The notes: generated by a model from the letters alone, not told the origin. Positions 41,672 to 50,423 are shown, numbered from the stretch's first letter. The stretch: DNA of 60,810 nt from Bacteroidota bacterium (GCA_023418255.1 JAEZZZ010000032.1:1-60810), one strand, 5' to 3'. Numbers and translations: made by a program.

Positions 41672-42166
41672 CAATATCATTTTTTAGATACTACGCCTGA
41701 TATAAATTTTTCTTTTGCACGCATATTAATGGAATACGTAAACTAGGTTTAGGTAACAAATTCTATTATTAATGAGCTGTTAACTAACTACATAAGCATT
41801 TTATGATAAATGCTTCCAGCATCACGGTTATCTATTTTGAGTAGAATTTACCTTCCTTTTAAATAATAAAATAAACCTTATTATATTTTAATGAAAATAG
41901 AATTATTATGTATATATTTGTGGGGGATTAAGAAAGGAGATATATCGGATGAGTACCGAAAGTATGACTAATCAATTAAAGATACTGATTTCAAAAAATA
42001 GTCTGGGGAAATGTAATAAAAAAGCCAAACATTCACAACTCTTTGTTACGTTCTTTCAAGTCCATGTGGTGCGATTATGAGTTTGAATGTTTGGTGCTAC
42101 AAAAGTAATAAAAATAAACCAAATAAAAAAATACGTGTAGTTTAACACAAAAATCTTTCTTAAATA

Positions 42167-42197
42167 TTTGTTACATTAGGTTTTTTATCTATCTTTG
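42167..42197 (+). promoter_or_regulatory. candidate Bacteroidota sigma-A promoter of the cas operon
   Basis: TTTG (42167-42170), 19 bp spacer, then TATCTTTG (42190-42197). This matches the -33 TTTG / -7 TAnnTTTG consensus. The ATG at 42218 follows 20 nt later. Confidence 0.5.
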
Positions 42198-42217
42198 CAA
42201 AAAAATAAGAAAAACCT

Positions 42218-42409
42218 ATGAAGATGTTTAATTTCGACGACGGGCATTATCCAATGGATGAAATAGAGCAACAAAACAATTGGCAAATACGAATTCTTAT
42301 GATGCATAATGAAGGCATGAGTAAACAGGAAATTATAGATAATTGTGTTATAGAAGATATAGATAGTTGGAAAGAACAAGTGGAAATATTTTACAATACA
42401 AAAAGATGA
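42218..42409 (+). CDS. 63-aa hypothetical protein, first ORF of the cas operon (possible small HTH protein)
   Basis: The ATG lies 20 nt downstream of a TATCTTTG -7 box. Its stop overlaps the ATG of the next gene (ATGA at 42406-42409). NEGMSKQEIIDNCVI resembles an HTH recognition segment. Coding status is unproven. Confidence 0.5.
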   Translation: MKMFNFDDGHYPMDEIEQQNNWQIRILMMHNEGMSKQEIIDNCVIEDIDSWKEQVEIFYNTKR

Positions 42410-44352
42410 GCATATTTAAATCATATACCGGAAATGCAATGCTGAACAATGCGTTGATGACCATTGAAGTGTTAGCAGACCTAAATGATGTAACTGAGAT
42501 AAGCATTGATGTAATCAAACGTCTGTTCGTTGATTTAGAGTTGACGAAGATGAACAAACGTTTTAAGAGTTATACCATGCTTTTTACAAGAAATGGACCG
42601 CTACACAACGATAAAAAATTAGGAGAGAAAATATATTCTACTTTAATTGAAAATATTTTGTCTGTAGACAACAACACTGGCGATAAAGTGTGTGAACTCT
42701 CCGGTTTAAAATTCAGCAAATCGTTTGAGGAAATATATTACGATACGCTAAAAGAATTGAAAATTGAAGAAAAAGAAATTAAGAAAAAGGATTTGACTAT
42801 CGGAAGAACTTGGTTTCCATTAATTGGTGGTCTAGGTTCGGACGCGCAGGCACTTCCTCTTGCCAAATATGCAATCCAAATTCACCCGATTTGTATTGTT
42901 GTTATGCAGTTTTTGCCTTTTTCCGGCGTTTTATACAAAGGAGGCATTATGCTGGCAGATTCTTCAAACTTTAAGTTTGCAAAATATTTAGTACAAAAAA
43001 ATGTCTCGGAAGTGAGAAGTAAAATTGAGAGAACAAGTAAATCCGAGCAAATTGAAAATATCAAGGAGAATAACAAAGGAGATTTTATTCGAAAAGCTAT
43101 AGAGTATTTTACAGAAAAAATAGACTTCTATGAAGATACGTTTACCGATTTAAATTTATGGAGTTTCTCAAATTCCGGCACAGGTGCAAGTTGTTTTATA
43201 GACCGAGTACCAAATCAGCTTTTGCTTAAATTGATTGAGATTCAAAAGGAACCTTTACTGGTATCTGAACTGACGTCAATCCTTAGGAATCCCAAAATTG
43301 CAGAAAGTTTTTTGGAATCGCTTGAAGGCAATCAAATGTGGTATGGTTTGTTCCCGTATAAATTTGGAACAGGAGCTAAAGCCGTTGAGTTTGATGGCGT
43401 AAGTATCCATTTTATGGAAAAATATATTGAACAAACAAAACAAAAGGTCAATCTGCCTCTTATTAAACACATTGCAACCCTTATAGATAAATATAAAGAC
43501 AAAAACCTAACTAAAATAGTCGAAAAAAAAGATGGCTATAACGATGATAATTTCACATTTGATATATACAAAGTGTTGGTTATGGCTACCGGAGAGGGAG
43601 ATTTTAATCCTTTGCATTTTATAGAATTGTTACCCAATGAGCTTCCGGTAAGTCCTTATTTCAATAAATATAACAAATTGATACATTTCTATTGTTACAA
43701 AAATGAAAAGCTTGATTACAATCTTGAGTTACCAAAAAATCTTGAGAAAAATAAGGTGTACCAAGCCTTACTCTGGATAAATTCTATTATTCATAGTGAT
43801 GACAGGGTGGAACGGATAAAAAAAGACCTTATCGACCCTCAACAGTTTGGCTATGTAAACTATATCGATTTGCTTTTACGATATTCTAAAAAGCATAAGA
43901 ATATTTTAGAGCAGATAATGGCGGTTTTTTATAACGAAAGTCCCTATTTTGCTCGAAAAGGTTTAAATCAATTGTTACGACTTTACTATTCTTGGGACTT
44001 GCATAGCAAAGATGCCACTCCTCAGCCGATAGAGACAACATTTAGACTACCTGGTTTTATTAAAAATATTGAGCAATTCGCTCAGGATTATCATGCATAT
44101 TATATGGATAAATATGAAGATAAAGAAACCAAGGAACTTCCTATTGCTAAATACGAAAAACAAATTGATGCGATTCAGTTATATCCTACAGATAACCTTT
44201 TGATATGGATTAACGATGTTTTAGGCAAAATGGAGAAATCAGAAGTTGTCAAAAAGAAATGGTCCGAAGATGAGTTTTTATATGATGACGATGGCAATTT
44301 TGCAACACAATGGGTTAAATTTATACTTAAATATCAATTACAAAATCAATAA
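42406..44352 (+). CDS. candidate Cascade large subunit (Cas8b-like by position only)
   Basis: 648 aa, or 661 aa from the alternative ATG 42367. It occupies the slot immediately upstream of cas7-cas5-cas3. I recognise no motif, so the call is purely positional. Confidence 0.55.
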   Translation: MSIFKSYTGNAMLNNALMTIEVLADLNDVTEISIDVIKRLFVDLELTKMNKRFKSYTMLFTRNGPLHNDKKLGEKIYSTLIENILSVDNNTGDKVCELSGLKFSKSFEEIYYDTLKELKIEEKEIKKKDLTIGRTWFPLIGGLGSDAQALPLAKYAIQIHPICIVVMQFLPFSGVLYKGGIMLADSSNFKFAKYLVQKNVSEVRSKIERTSKSEQIENIKENNKGDFIRKAIEYFTEKIDFYEDTFTDLNLWSFSNSGTGASCFIDRVPNQLLLKLIEIQKEPLLVSELTSILRNPKIAESFLESLEGNQMWYGLFPYKFGTGAKAVEFDGVSIHFMEKYIEQTKQKVNLPLIKHIATLIDKYKDKNLTKIVEKKDGYNDDNFTFDIYKVLVMATGEGDFNPLHFIELLPNELPVSPYFNKYNKLIHFYCYKNEKLDYNLELPKNLEKNKVYQALLWINSIIHSDDRVERIKKDLIDPQQFGYVNYIDLLLRYSKKHKNILEQIMAVFYNESPYFARKGLNQLLRLYYSWDLHSKDATPQPIETTFRLPGFIKNIEQFAQDYHAYYMDKYEDKETKELPIAKYEKQIDAIQLYPTDNLLIWINDVLGKMEKSEVVKKKWSEDEFLYDDDGNFATQWVKFILKYQLQNQ

Positions 44353-44355
44353 ATT

Positions 44356-45372
44356 ATGGCAGAATTAAAAAACATTACAGGTGCATTGTTAATTGATGCA
44401 ACAGCGGCATTTTTAAATGGCGCTGGGTTAGGAGCCGGAGAGAACAAAAACAAAGTATTGCCTAAAACTTTTTGGCAAAAAGTAGATAACAAAAGAGTGC
44501 AAGTGCCATACGTTTCGGCACAATCTTGGAGACGTTGGTTGCGAGACACGACAAACGAAGAAAACAAATGGCAACCAAGTGAACTAAAAGCGATAGATAC
44601 GTCCACAAAAGGCTCAACCAACAAAGTGGCTACAGAACTTAATCCTATCATGTATCCCGAAGATGACTTGTTTGGATATATGAAAAGTGGTGGAAGCGGC
44701 GAAGAAAGTGTGCAACGAACGTCCCCCTTTAAAACGTCCATTCTTAAAGGAGTGAAAAATTCTTACGTGCTCTCTACTGACGAAGCTTTTGTGTTCCCTA
44801 AAAATGGCACTCCACTGCCATATACAACCGAGTTTTATTCTACATTTTTGGAAGGTTTCTTCAATTTAGAATATTATCGTTTGGGAGTTTATGAAAACTA
44901 CAGCAGCAAAGTTGAATTGTCTCAACAAATCATAGAAAAACATGCTGATAAACTCACTCAAAGCGATTTGCCGGAAAAAGCAAAGCGTTATGAATTAAAA
45001 AATGCAGAAGAAAATCGCAAAAACAACGCCAAAGGTCTTTTGAAAGGATTGGCATTTCTAAGAGGAGGCGCTAAGCAAGCGGCTTTTGGTGCAGATGTAT
45101 CGCCTAAAATATTAATTCTTGCCGGGATGGAATCTGCGAATCCCGTGTTCAACAATATTTTTGAGTGTGAAAATGGAATGGCTAAAATCAAAATTGATGT
45201 TCTCAAACAAATCGAAGCTGATTACAAAAAAAGATTAGCAACACCCATATATATTGGTATTCGAAAAGGCTTTGTAGTCAATGAAGAAGATTTAAAAGAA
45301 TTAGGTGACGGCTTCGTAGTAGATTCACCTGTTAAAATTGTGGAATCTTTTACTGAAAAGTACCTGAAATAA
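44356..45372 (+). CDS. cas7: Cas7 (Cst2/DevR-like Cascade backbone subunit)
   Basis: 338 aa. The N-terminus ITGALLIDATAAFLNGAG and YVSAQSWRRWLRD resemble Cst2/DevR-type Cas7. It starts 3 nt after the preceding stop. Confidence 0.7.
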   Translation: MAELKNITGALLIDATAAFLNGAGLGAGENKNKVLPKTFWQKVDNKRVQVPYVSAQSWRRWLRDTTNEENKWQPSELKAIDTSTKGSTNKVATELNPIMYPEDDLFGYMKSGGSGEESVQRTSPFKTSILKGVKNSYVLSTDEAFVFPKNGTPLPYTTEFYSTFLEGFFNLEYYRLGVYENYSSKVELSQQIIEKHADKLTQSDLPEKAKRYELKNAEENRKNNAKGLLKGLAFLRGGAKQAAFGADVSPKILILAGMESANPVFNNIFECENGMAKIKIDVLKQIEADYKKRLATPIYIGIRKGFVVNEEDLKELGDGFVVDSPVKIVESFTEKYLK

Positions 45373-45373
45373 G

Positions 45374-46048
45374 ATGAAAAGAGTACTTCAAATAAAATGC
45401 AATGGATGGACCTCCTCTCCTAAAATGCCTTTTATATTATCGGGAAATTCCGTTTGCATGCATACGCCTTCATATTCCTTGATTTTAGGAATTTTAGGCT
45501 GCTGCATGGGACGATATGTAAAAGCAGACGAAGTGGAAATTGGCTTTCACTATCAATATGACGCGGTTTCTAAAGATACTGAGACGCGTCACCGATTACA
45601 AAACAAGCAAAACCAAATAAAGCCTCATGCAAAAGGCACTGATGCCTATGTGAGAGAGTTCCATTCATTGCCTAAACTTACCATTTGGCTCAATCGATTA
45701 GATTGGAAAGAACAGCTGCAAAATCCGATTGGAACCCCTTCGCTTGGCGCTTCACAAGATTTATTAAATATTCAGGAAGTAAAAGAAGTTGAGGTAATTG
45801 AATTAGAAAAAGCAAAAGTTTCCGGAACAATGATTCCTTTTGAAATTGGAGAAAAGGCGGGAGGACAACTTGTCCAGCTGGCAGAGTCCTTTGAGGAAAT
45901 CGGAGATATTGGAGAAGGAAGAAAAGCCGTAAACTCTAAAATATTTATATCCATACCACATGATGGATTTGCTGAGTTACGGACTAAAAATCTTTTTGAG
46001 GTGGTTGACACACAACAGCAATTTTATTTGCACAAATTTGGTCAATAA
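45374..46048 (+). CDS. cas5: Cas5
   Basis: 224 aa. PSYSLILGILGCCMG near the N-terminus and PSLGASQDLL are typical Cas5 signatures. It starts 1 nt after the cas7 stop. Confidence 0.7.
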   Translation: MKRVLQIKCNGWTSSPKMPFILSGNSVCMHTPSYSLILGILGCCMGRYVKADEVEIGFHYQYDAVSKDTETRHRLQNKQNQIKPHAKGTDAYVREFHSLPKLTIWLNRLDWKEQLQNPIGTPSLGASQDLLNIQEVKEVEVIELEKAKVSGTMIPFEIGEKAGGQLVQLAESFEEIGDIGEGRKAVNSKIFISIPHDGFAELRTKNLFEVVDTQQQFYLHKFGQ

Positions 46049-48313
46049 ATGTTCGATTTCTCTTCGATATATGCCAAAAGTGACAATTACACAACCTTGG
46101 AAATGCATACCAACGATGTGTTGATTGCTGCTGAAAACCTAATCGAAAGCTTGCCACTGACAGACAAGGAAAAAGAGTATTATCTACCCAAATTAAAACG
46201 CATGGCGGTGTTACATGATTTGGGTAAAATTCATGCTTTTTTTCAGCAAAACTTGCTGGATAGCAAAAAACTGACAATACGCCATGAGTTAGTTTCTTTT
46301 TGGTTTTGCGAGAATTATCTAAATATGTCAGTCGATGAAATATTTGCTATTGCCACTCACCATAAAGGAATTATTAAAAACGACGATAAAGGCAGACTCG
46401 ACTCTGGAAAACACTTTTCTCCATTTGAAAAACTTTGCAAGATGGAAGAACAGAAGCTACAATCTTCTACACTAAAAGATTGGTTAACAAAGTTTGAAAT
46501 CAAGATTCCATTCAAGGAAAAGCAGAATAATAACTTTAAAATCTCTATAAAATGGAAGAAAATTTTCCACTTTTATAAGCAATCTGAAGAGATAAAAGAT
46601 AAAAACCTTCGGACAGAACTCTCAATGTGCCGTGCTTTATTGATGGCTGCCGACCACATTGGCTCAGCTAAAATGGAAGATAAAATTCCAAAGCCAAAAC
46701 CAATTGCCGTACAGGATTTTCAGCCGACCGACGGGAAACAACATTTCGAATTGAGAGATTTCCAGAAAAAGATGCTCAACGTGATATACAGCTGTATTTT
46801 GCATAGTCCGACAGATTCCGGAAAAACGGAAGCGGCTTTGGCTTGGGTGTACGCAAATCAATCTTCGAATTCGCGTTTATTCTATCTTTTGCCGTACACT
46901 GCAAGCAGCAACGCCATGGTAAATAGACTGAAAACTGTTTTTGGAGATAACAAAGTTACACCTTTGCACTCTAAAACGCTCGACTATTTTTATGATGAAC
47001 TGGATGATGAGGATGAAATTTATAAAAAGCATAGAATAGCAAAATCGAAAAGTAGCTTATCGCGAGAAATCTTCTTCCCGGTTAAAGTGGCAACCATGCA
47101 CCAACTACTAAAAAACACGTTAAAGGGAAAAGGATGGGAATTTGCGTTATTAGAATATAAAAACGCGTTATTCATAATTGATGAATTCCACACATACAAC
47201 GCATTTTATACCGGACTCTTACTTGCTTCCGTAAAACTTCTGATTCGATATTTCAATGCAAAAGTGATGTTTATGTCTGCCACGATTCCGGCTTTTATGC
47301 AAGATTTGATATTGAAACATGTATTTGATAACAGCGAATCCGTTACTTTCAAACCGGATAAAAACAGCATATCCGACAAGCAAATATTAGAAAGAAAAAG
47401 ACACCAACCTATCTGTATCGATTCTAGTTTGAATGATAAGTTTGAGTTAATCGAACATTATTTACCTAACCATAGTGTTCTTATCATTGTCAATAATGTC
47501 AAAACGGCACAAGATATATTTGAGTCAGAATTATTGAATGGGATTGATAATAAATGCTTATTGCACGGCGGATTGCATGCCAAGGACAGAAAGATAATTG
47601 AAGAAAAAATCACTTCCAAAGATAAAACAACGCGTCCACGAGTCCTTGTCGCGACACAAGCGGTAGAGGTAAGTTTGGATATCGATTATGATGTGGCTTT
47701 CATTGAGAATGCGCCAATCGACGCACTTATTCAACGATTCGGAAGGGTAAACAGAGCCGGACAAAAATATATAAAAGCAAAAAAACACTCTTCTGATTCT
47801 CGGTACAATACCGTTCCTGTCTATTTATTTAAAAATATCATAGGAAAGACGCCTTTTTATGACAAGGAAGTGTTGGAATCAACTTGGAATGAGTTTGAAA
47901 AACTAAATGGCAAACAAGTTTCCGAAGATGATTTGATAGAAGTCTGTAATCAAGTGTATAAAAACGGATATTCCAAAGAGCAACAAGAGGATTTCGAACA
48001 TGGATTTCATAACGCGACAATCAATAACTTTGAAACAGATTGGGTGGCAGGAGATTGGAATCGTTGGACCGATGAAATGTTCGATAAAAATCAGAAAGTG
48101 GATATGCTATGTAGTAATTTGATGGATGAATATGACCAGCTTATAGAACAAAAAAATTATATTGAAGCCAATCGATTAATTGTGCAAGTTTATCCACATT
48201 ATTTAGTGAATAATGCGCCTTTTGATAAAGTTCGAAATCTCTGGCTTGGATATGAATATGACTATATTCCAATGATAGGATATAAAAAAAAAGAAGATGA
48301 TTTATTTTTGTAA
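46049..48313 (+). CDS. cas3: Cas3 (fused HD nuclease + SF2 helicase)
   Basis: HD-domain residues (EMHTND, VLHDLGK, RHELVS, ATHHKG) in the first ~110 aa. Helicase motifs follow: I SPTDSGKT, II IIDEFH, III MSATIP, V VATQAVEVSLDID, VI QRFGRVNRAG. Confidence 0.9.
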   Translation: MFDFSSIYAKSDNYTTLEMHTNDVLIAAENLIESLPLTDKEKEYYLPKLKRMAVLHDLGKIHAFFQQNLLDSKKLTIRHELVSFWFCENYLNMSVDEIFAIATHHKGIIKNDDKGRLDSGKHFSPFEKLCKMEEQKLQSSTLKDWLTKFEIKIPFKEKQNNNFKISIKWKKIFHFYKQSEEIKDKNLRTELSMCRALLMAADHIGSAKMEDKIPKPKPIAVQDFQPTDGKQHFELRDFQKKMLNVIYSCILHSPTDSGKTEAALAWVYANQSSNSRLFYLLPYTASSNAMVNRLKTVFGDNKVTPLHSKTLDYFYDELDDEDEIYKKHRIAKSKSSLSREIFFPVKVATMHQLLKNTLKGKGWEFALLEYKNALFIIDEFHTYNAFYTGLLLASVKLLIRYFNAKVMFMSATIPAFMQDLILKHVFDNSESVTFKPDKNSISDKQILERKRHQPICIDSSLNDKFELIEHYLPNHSVLIIVNNVKTAQDIFESELLNGIDNKCLLHGGLHAKDRKIIEEKITSKDKTTRPRVLVATQAVEVSLDIDYDVAFIENAPIDALIQRFGRVNRAGQKYIKAKKHSSDSRYNTVPVYLFKNIIGKTPFYDKEVLESTWNEFEKLNGKQVSEDDLIEVCNQVYKNGYSKEQQEDFEHGFHNATINNFETDWVAGDWNRWTDEMFDKNQKVDMLCSNLMDEYDQLIEQKNYIEANRLIVQVYPHYLVNNAPFDKVRNLWLGYEYDYIPMIGYKKKEDDLFL

Positions 48314-48329
48314 TTAAATTTGAATAACT

Positions 48330-48851
48330 ATGTCTAAAACAGCACTTAAAAAGCATTTACAAGCACTTCCAAAAGAACGAATTATTGAAACACTGTTGGA
48401 TGCATACACGAACAGTCCTCCTGTGAAAGAATATTTTGACTTCTATCTAATTCCTAATGAGACAGAAAAAGCAGAAAAATACAAAACAATTATAAAAAAA
48501 GAATTTGATTTGTATAATCCGGAAAAAGCCGGATTAAAATATTCTGTGGCTAAAAAAGCTATTTCTGAATTTGCGACATTTAAACCTTCTCCGGAAGTAC
48601 TGGCTGATGTCATGCTTACCCTTCCAGAAGCAGCGTGCGAATTCACTTACACCTATGGCGATATGGAAGAATCTTTTTATGATGCAGCCGTCAATAACTT
48701 TCGAAGAGTATTGATTTATATGGAAAAAAACGGTATTTTACAAAAATTTAAACAGCGCTGTGCTAATTGTGTAAAACATGCTTCGCCATGCGGTTATGGT
48801 TTTGCCGATGAAATAGAACAGCTTTTTTATGAATATTATGAATCAAAATAA
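48330..48851 (+). CDS. 173-aa hypothetical protein embedded between cas3 and cas4
   Basis: Intact ORF starting 16 nt after cas3 and ending 22 nt before cas4. It appears helical, acidic and aromatic-rich, with a C-terminal Cys cluster (CANCVKHASPC). It matches no Cas family I recognise. Confidence 0.65.
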   Translation: MSKTALKKHLQALPKERIIETLLDAYTNSPPVKEYFDFYLIPNETEKAEKYKTIIKKEFDLYNPEKAGLKYSVAKKAISEFATFKPSPEVLADVMLTLPEAACEFTYTYGDMEESFYDAAVNNFRRVLIYMEKNGILQKFKQRCANCVKHASPCGYGFADEIEQLFYEYYESK

Positions 48852-48873
48852 TTATTTATAGCGAGATAACCCT

Positions 48874-49407
48874 ATGCAAATCACCGGAACGCATTTCAAC
48901 TATTTTCAAGTGTGTAAACGAAAGTTATGGCTTTTCTCACACGGCATTAACATGGAACACACGTCCGATTTGGTGTATGACGGCAAGTTAATACACGAAA
49001 GCACTTATCCGCAGCGAGCCGAACGCTATGAAGAGGTGCTTGTTTCGGCAGATTATAATGGTATGCGGCTCAACGGAAAGATTGATTTTTTTGACAGCCT
49101 CAAGCAATGTGTGCACGAAATCAAGCGAAGCGACAAAGTGGACGAAGCACACACGCGCCAATTGAAATTTTATTTGTGGCTTTTGGAATTAAACGGTATC
49201 AAAAACACATACGGCATATTGGAATATCCCAAACTTCGGAAAACCGAAGAAATATTTCTATCCGATGCCGATAGAGCCTCGCTGGCGCGAATAGTTGCTG
49301 AAATCAAAGAACTTGTAACTCGAAAAACCTGTCCGCCGACAATTAATGCGCGACTTTGCAAAAGTTGCAGTTATTACGAATTTTGTTATGTGGAGGAAGT
49401 GCAATGA
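48874..49407 (+). CDS. cas4: Cas4 (RecB-like exonuclease with Fe-S cysteines)
   Basis: One N-terminal Cys (YFQVCKRKLW) plus C-terminal CKSCSYYEFC. Nuclease motifs IDFFD...EIKRS and QLKFYLWLL. Confidence 0.9.
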   Translation: MQITGTHFNYFQVCKRKLWLFSHGINMEHTSDLVYDGKLIHESTYPQRAERYEEVLVSADYNGMRLNGKIDFFDSLKQCVHEIKRSDKVDEAHTRQLKFYLWLLELNGIKNTYGILEYPKLRKTEEIFLSDADRASLARIVAEIKELVTRKTCPPTINARLCKSCSYYEFCYVEEVQ

Positions 49408-50423
49408 AGAAAACCTACTATCTTTTCAATCCCGGTACGTTGCAACGACGGGACAATACACTCAAATTTGTGCCTGTCGAAGAGGACGAAGACGGTCAAA
49501 TACAGCACATGGGAAAACCGCGATATCTGCCCGTTGAGGACATAGCCGAACTCTATGCTTTCGGTTCACTTACGGCAAACAGCGCATTGTATAATTTTTT
49601 GGGACAAAAAGGGATTGCCGTGCATTTTTTCGATTATTACGAAAACTATACCGGTTCGTTTATGCCACGCGATGGATTGCTCTCCGGGAAAATGATATTG
49701 GCACAAACGGCACATTTTCAGGACAAGAAAAAACGACTTTTTATCGCACGCCAATTTATTGAAGGAGCCGCCTTTAATATGTTGAAAAATCTGCGCTATT
49801 ACAACACACGCGGTAAAGATTTGGATGGCGTAATCGAAGCTATCGAAGGCTATGCAGCGCAAATCGCTACGGCAACACAAACCGATATGCTAATGGGAAT
49901 TGAGGGCAACATTCGACAAACATATTACGAAGGATTCAACCTGATTATTCACGATTTTGATATGAACGGACGCACCAAACAACCGCCACAAAACGAGGTG
50001 AACGCGCTTATTTCGTTTGGCAATATGATGTGTTACAGCCAATGTTTGCGTGCTATTCACCAAACGCAGCTCAATCCCACAATCAGTTATCTGCACACAC
50101 CCGGCGAACGCCGTTATTCACTTTCGCTGGACGTTTCCGAAATTTTCAAACCGCTTCTTGTGGACAGAATGATTTTTAAATTGTTGAACAAACGTGAAAT
50201 ACAGTCGAAGCATTTTGAAAAAAGGCTCAACAGTTGCCTTTTGAATCCCACCGGGAAAAAGATTTTTGTAAAAGCTTTCGAAGAACGCTTATCGGAAACA
50301 TTCAAACACCGCGCGTTGAAACGAAATGTCAGCTACCGACATCTTATCAAATTGGAATGCTATAAATTAACAAAGCACTTGCTTGATATCGAAGAATATA
50401 AACCGTTCAAAATGTATTGGTGA
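49404..50423 (+). CDS. cas1: Cas1 integrase
   Basis: 339 aa from ATG 49404, which overlaps the cas4 stop (ATGA). YLFNPGTLQRRDNTLKF N-terminus, and catalytic-core segments GIEGNIRQ and YLHTPGERRYSLSLDVSEIFKP. Confidence 0.9.
   Translation: MKKTYYLFNPGTLQRRDNTLKFVPVEEDEDGQIQHMGKPRYLPVEDIAELYAFGSLTANSALYNFLGQKGIAVHFFDYYENYTGSFMPRDGLLSGKMILAQTAHFQDKKKRLFIARQFIEGAAFNMLKNLRYYNTRGKDLDGVIEAIEGYAAQIATATQTDMLMGIEGNIRQTYYEGFNLIIHDFDMNGRTKQPPQNEVNALISFGNMMCYSQCLRAIHQTQLNPTISYLHTPGERRYSLSLDVSEIFKPLLVDRMIFKLLNKREIQSKHFEKRLNSCLLNPTGKKIFVKAFEERLSETFKHRALKRNVSYRHLIKLECYKLTKHLLDIEEYKPFKMYW

Noticed and set aside
41949-42080. A 43-codon ORF (MSTESMTNQLKILISKNSLGKCNKK...) is preceded by an AAGGAG-like sequence upstream of the cas operon.
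   Set aside because: It is below any sensible length threshold and has no motif. Shine-Dalgarno sequences are generally not used in this phylum, and no promoter box precedes it. It is kept only as context for the inverted-repeat finding.
42367-42405. An alternative upstream start (ATG 42367, MERTSGNILQYKK) was considered for the large-subunit gene.
   Set aside because: It would overlap the 63-aa ORF by 43 nt in another frame. ATG 42406 instead forms a canonical ATGA stop/start overlap. It cannot be excluded if the small ORF is not translated.
48330-48851. The 173-aa operon protein, or the 63-aa ORF at 42218, was considered as the missing Cas6.
   Set aside because: Neither shows the glycine-rich loop near the C-terminus or the RRM/ferredoxin-like pattern expected of Cas6. 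The 63-aa ORF is also far too short. A fold-level search has not excluded this, so it remains listed as a test under the main finding.
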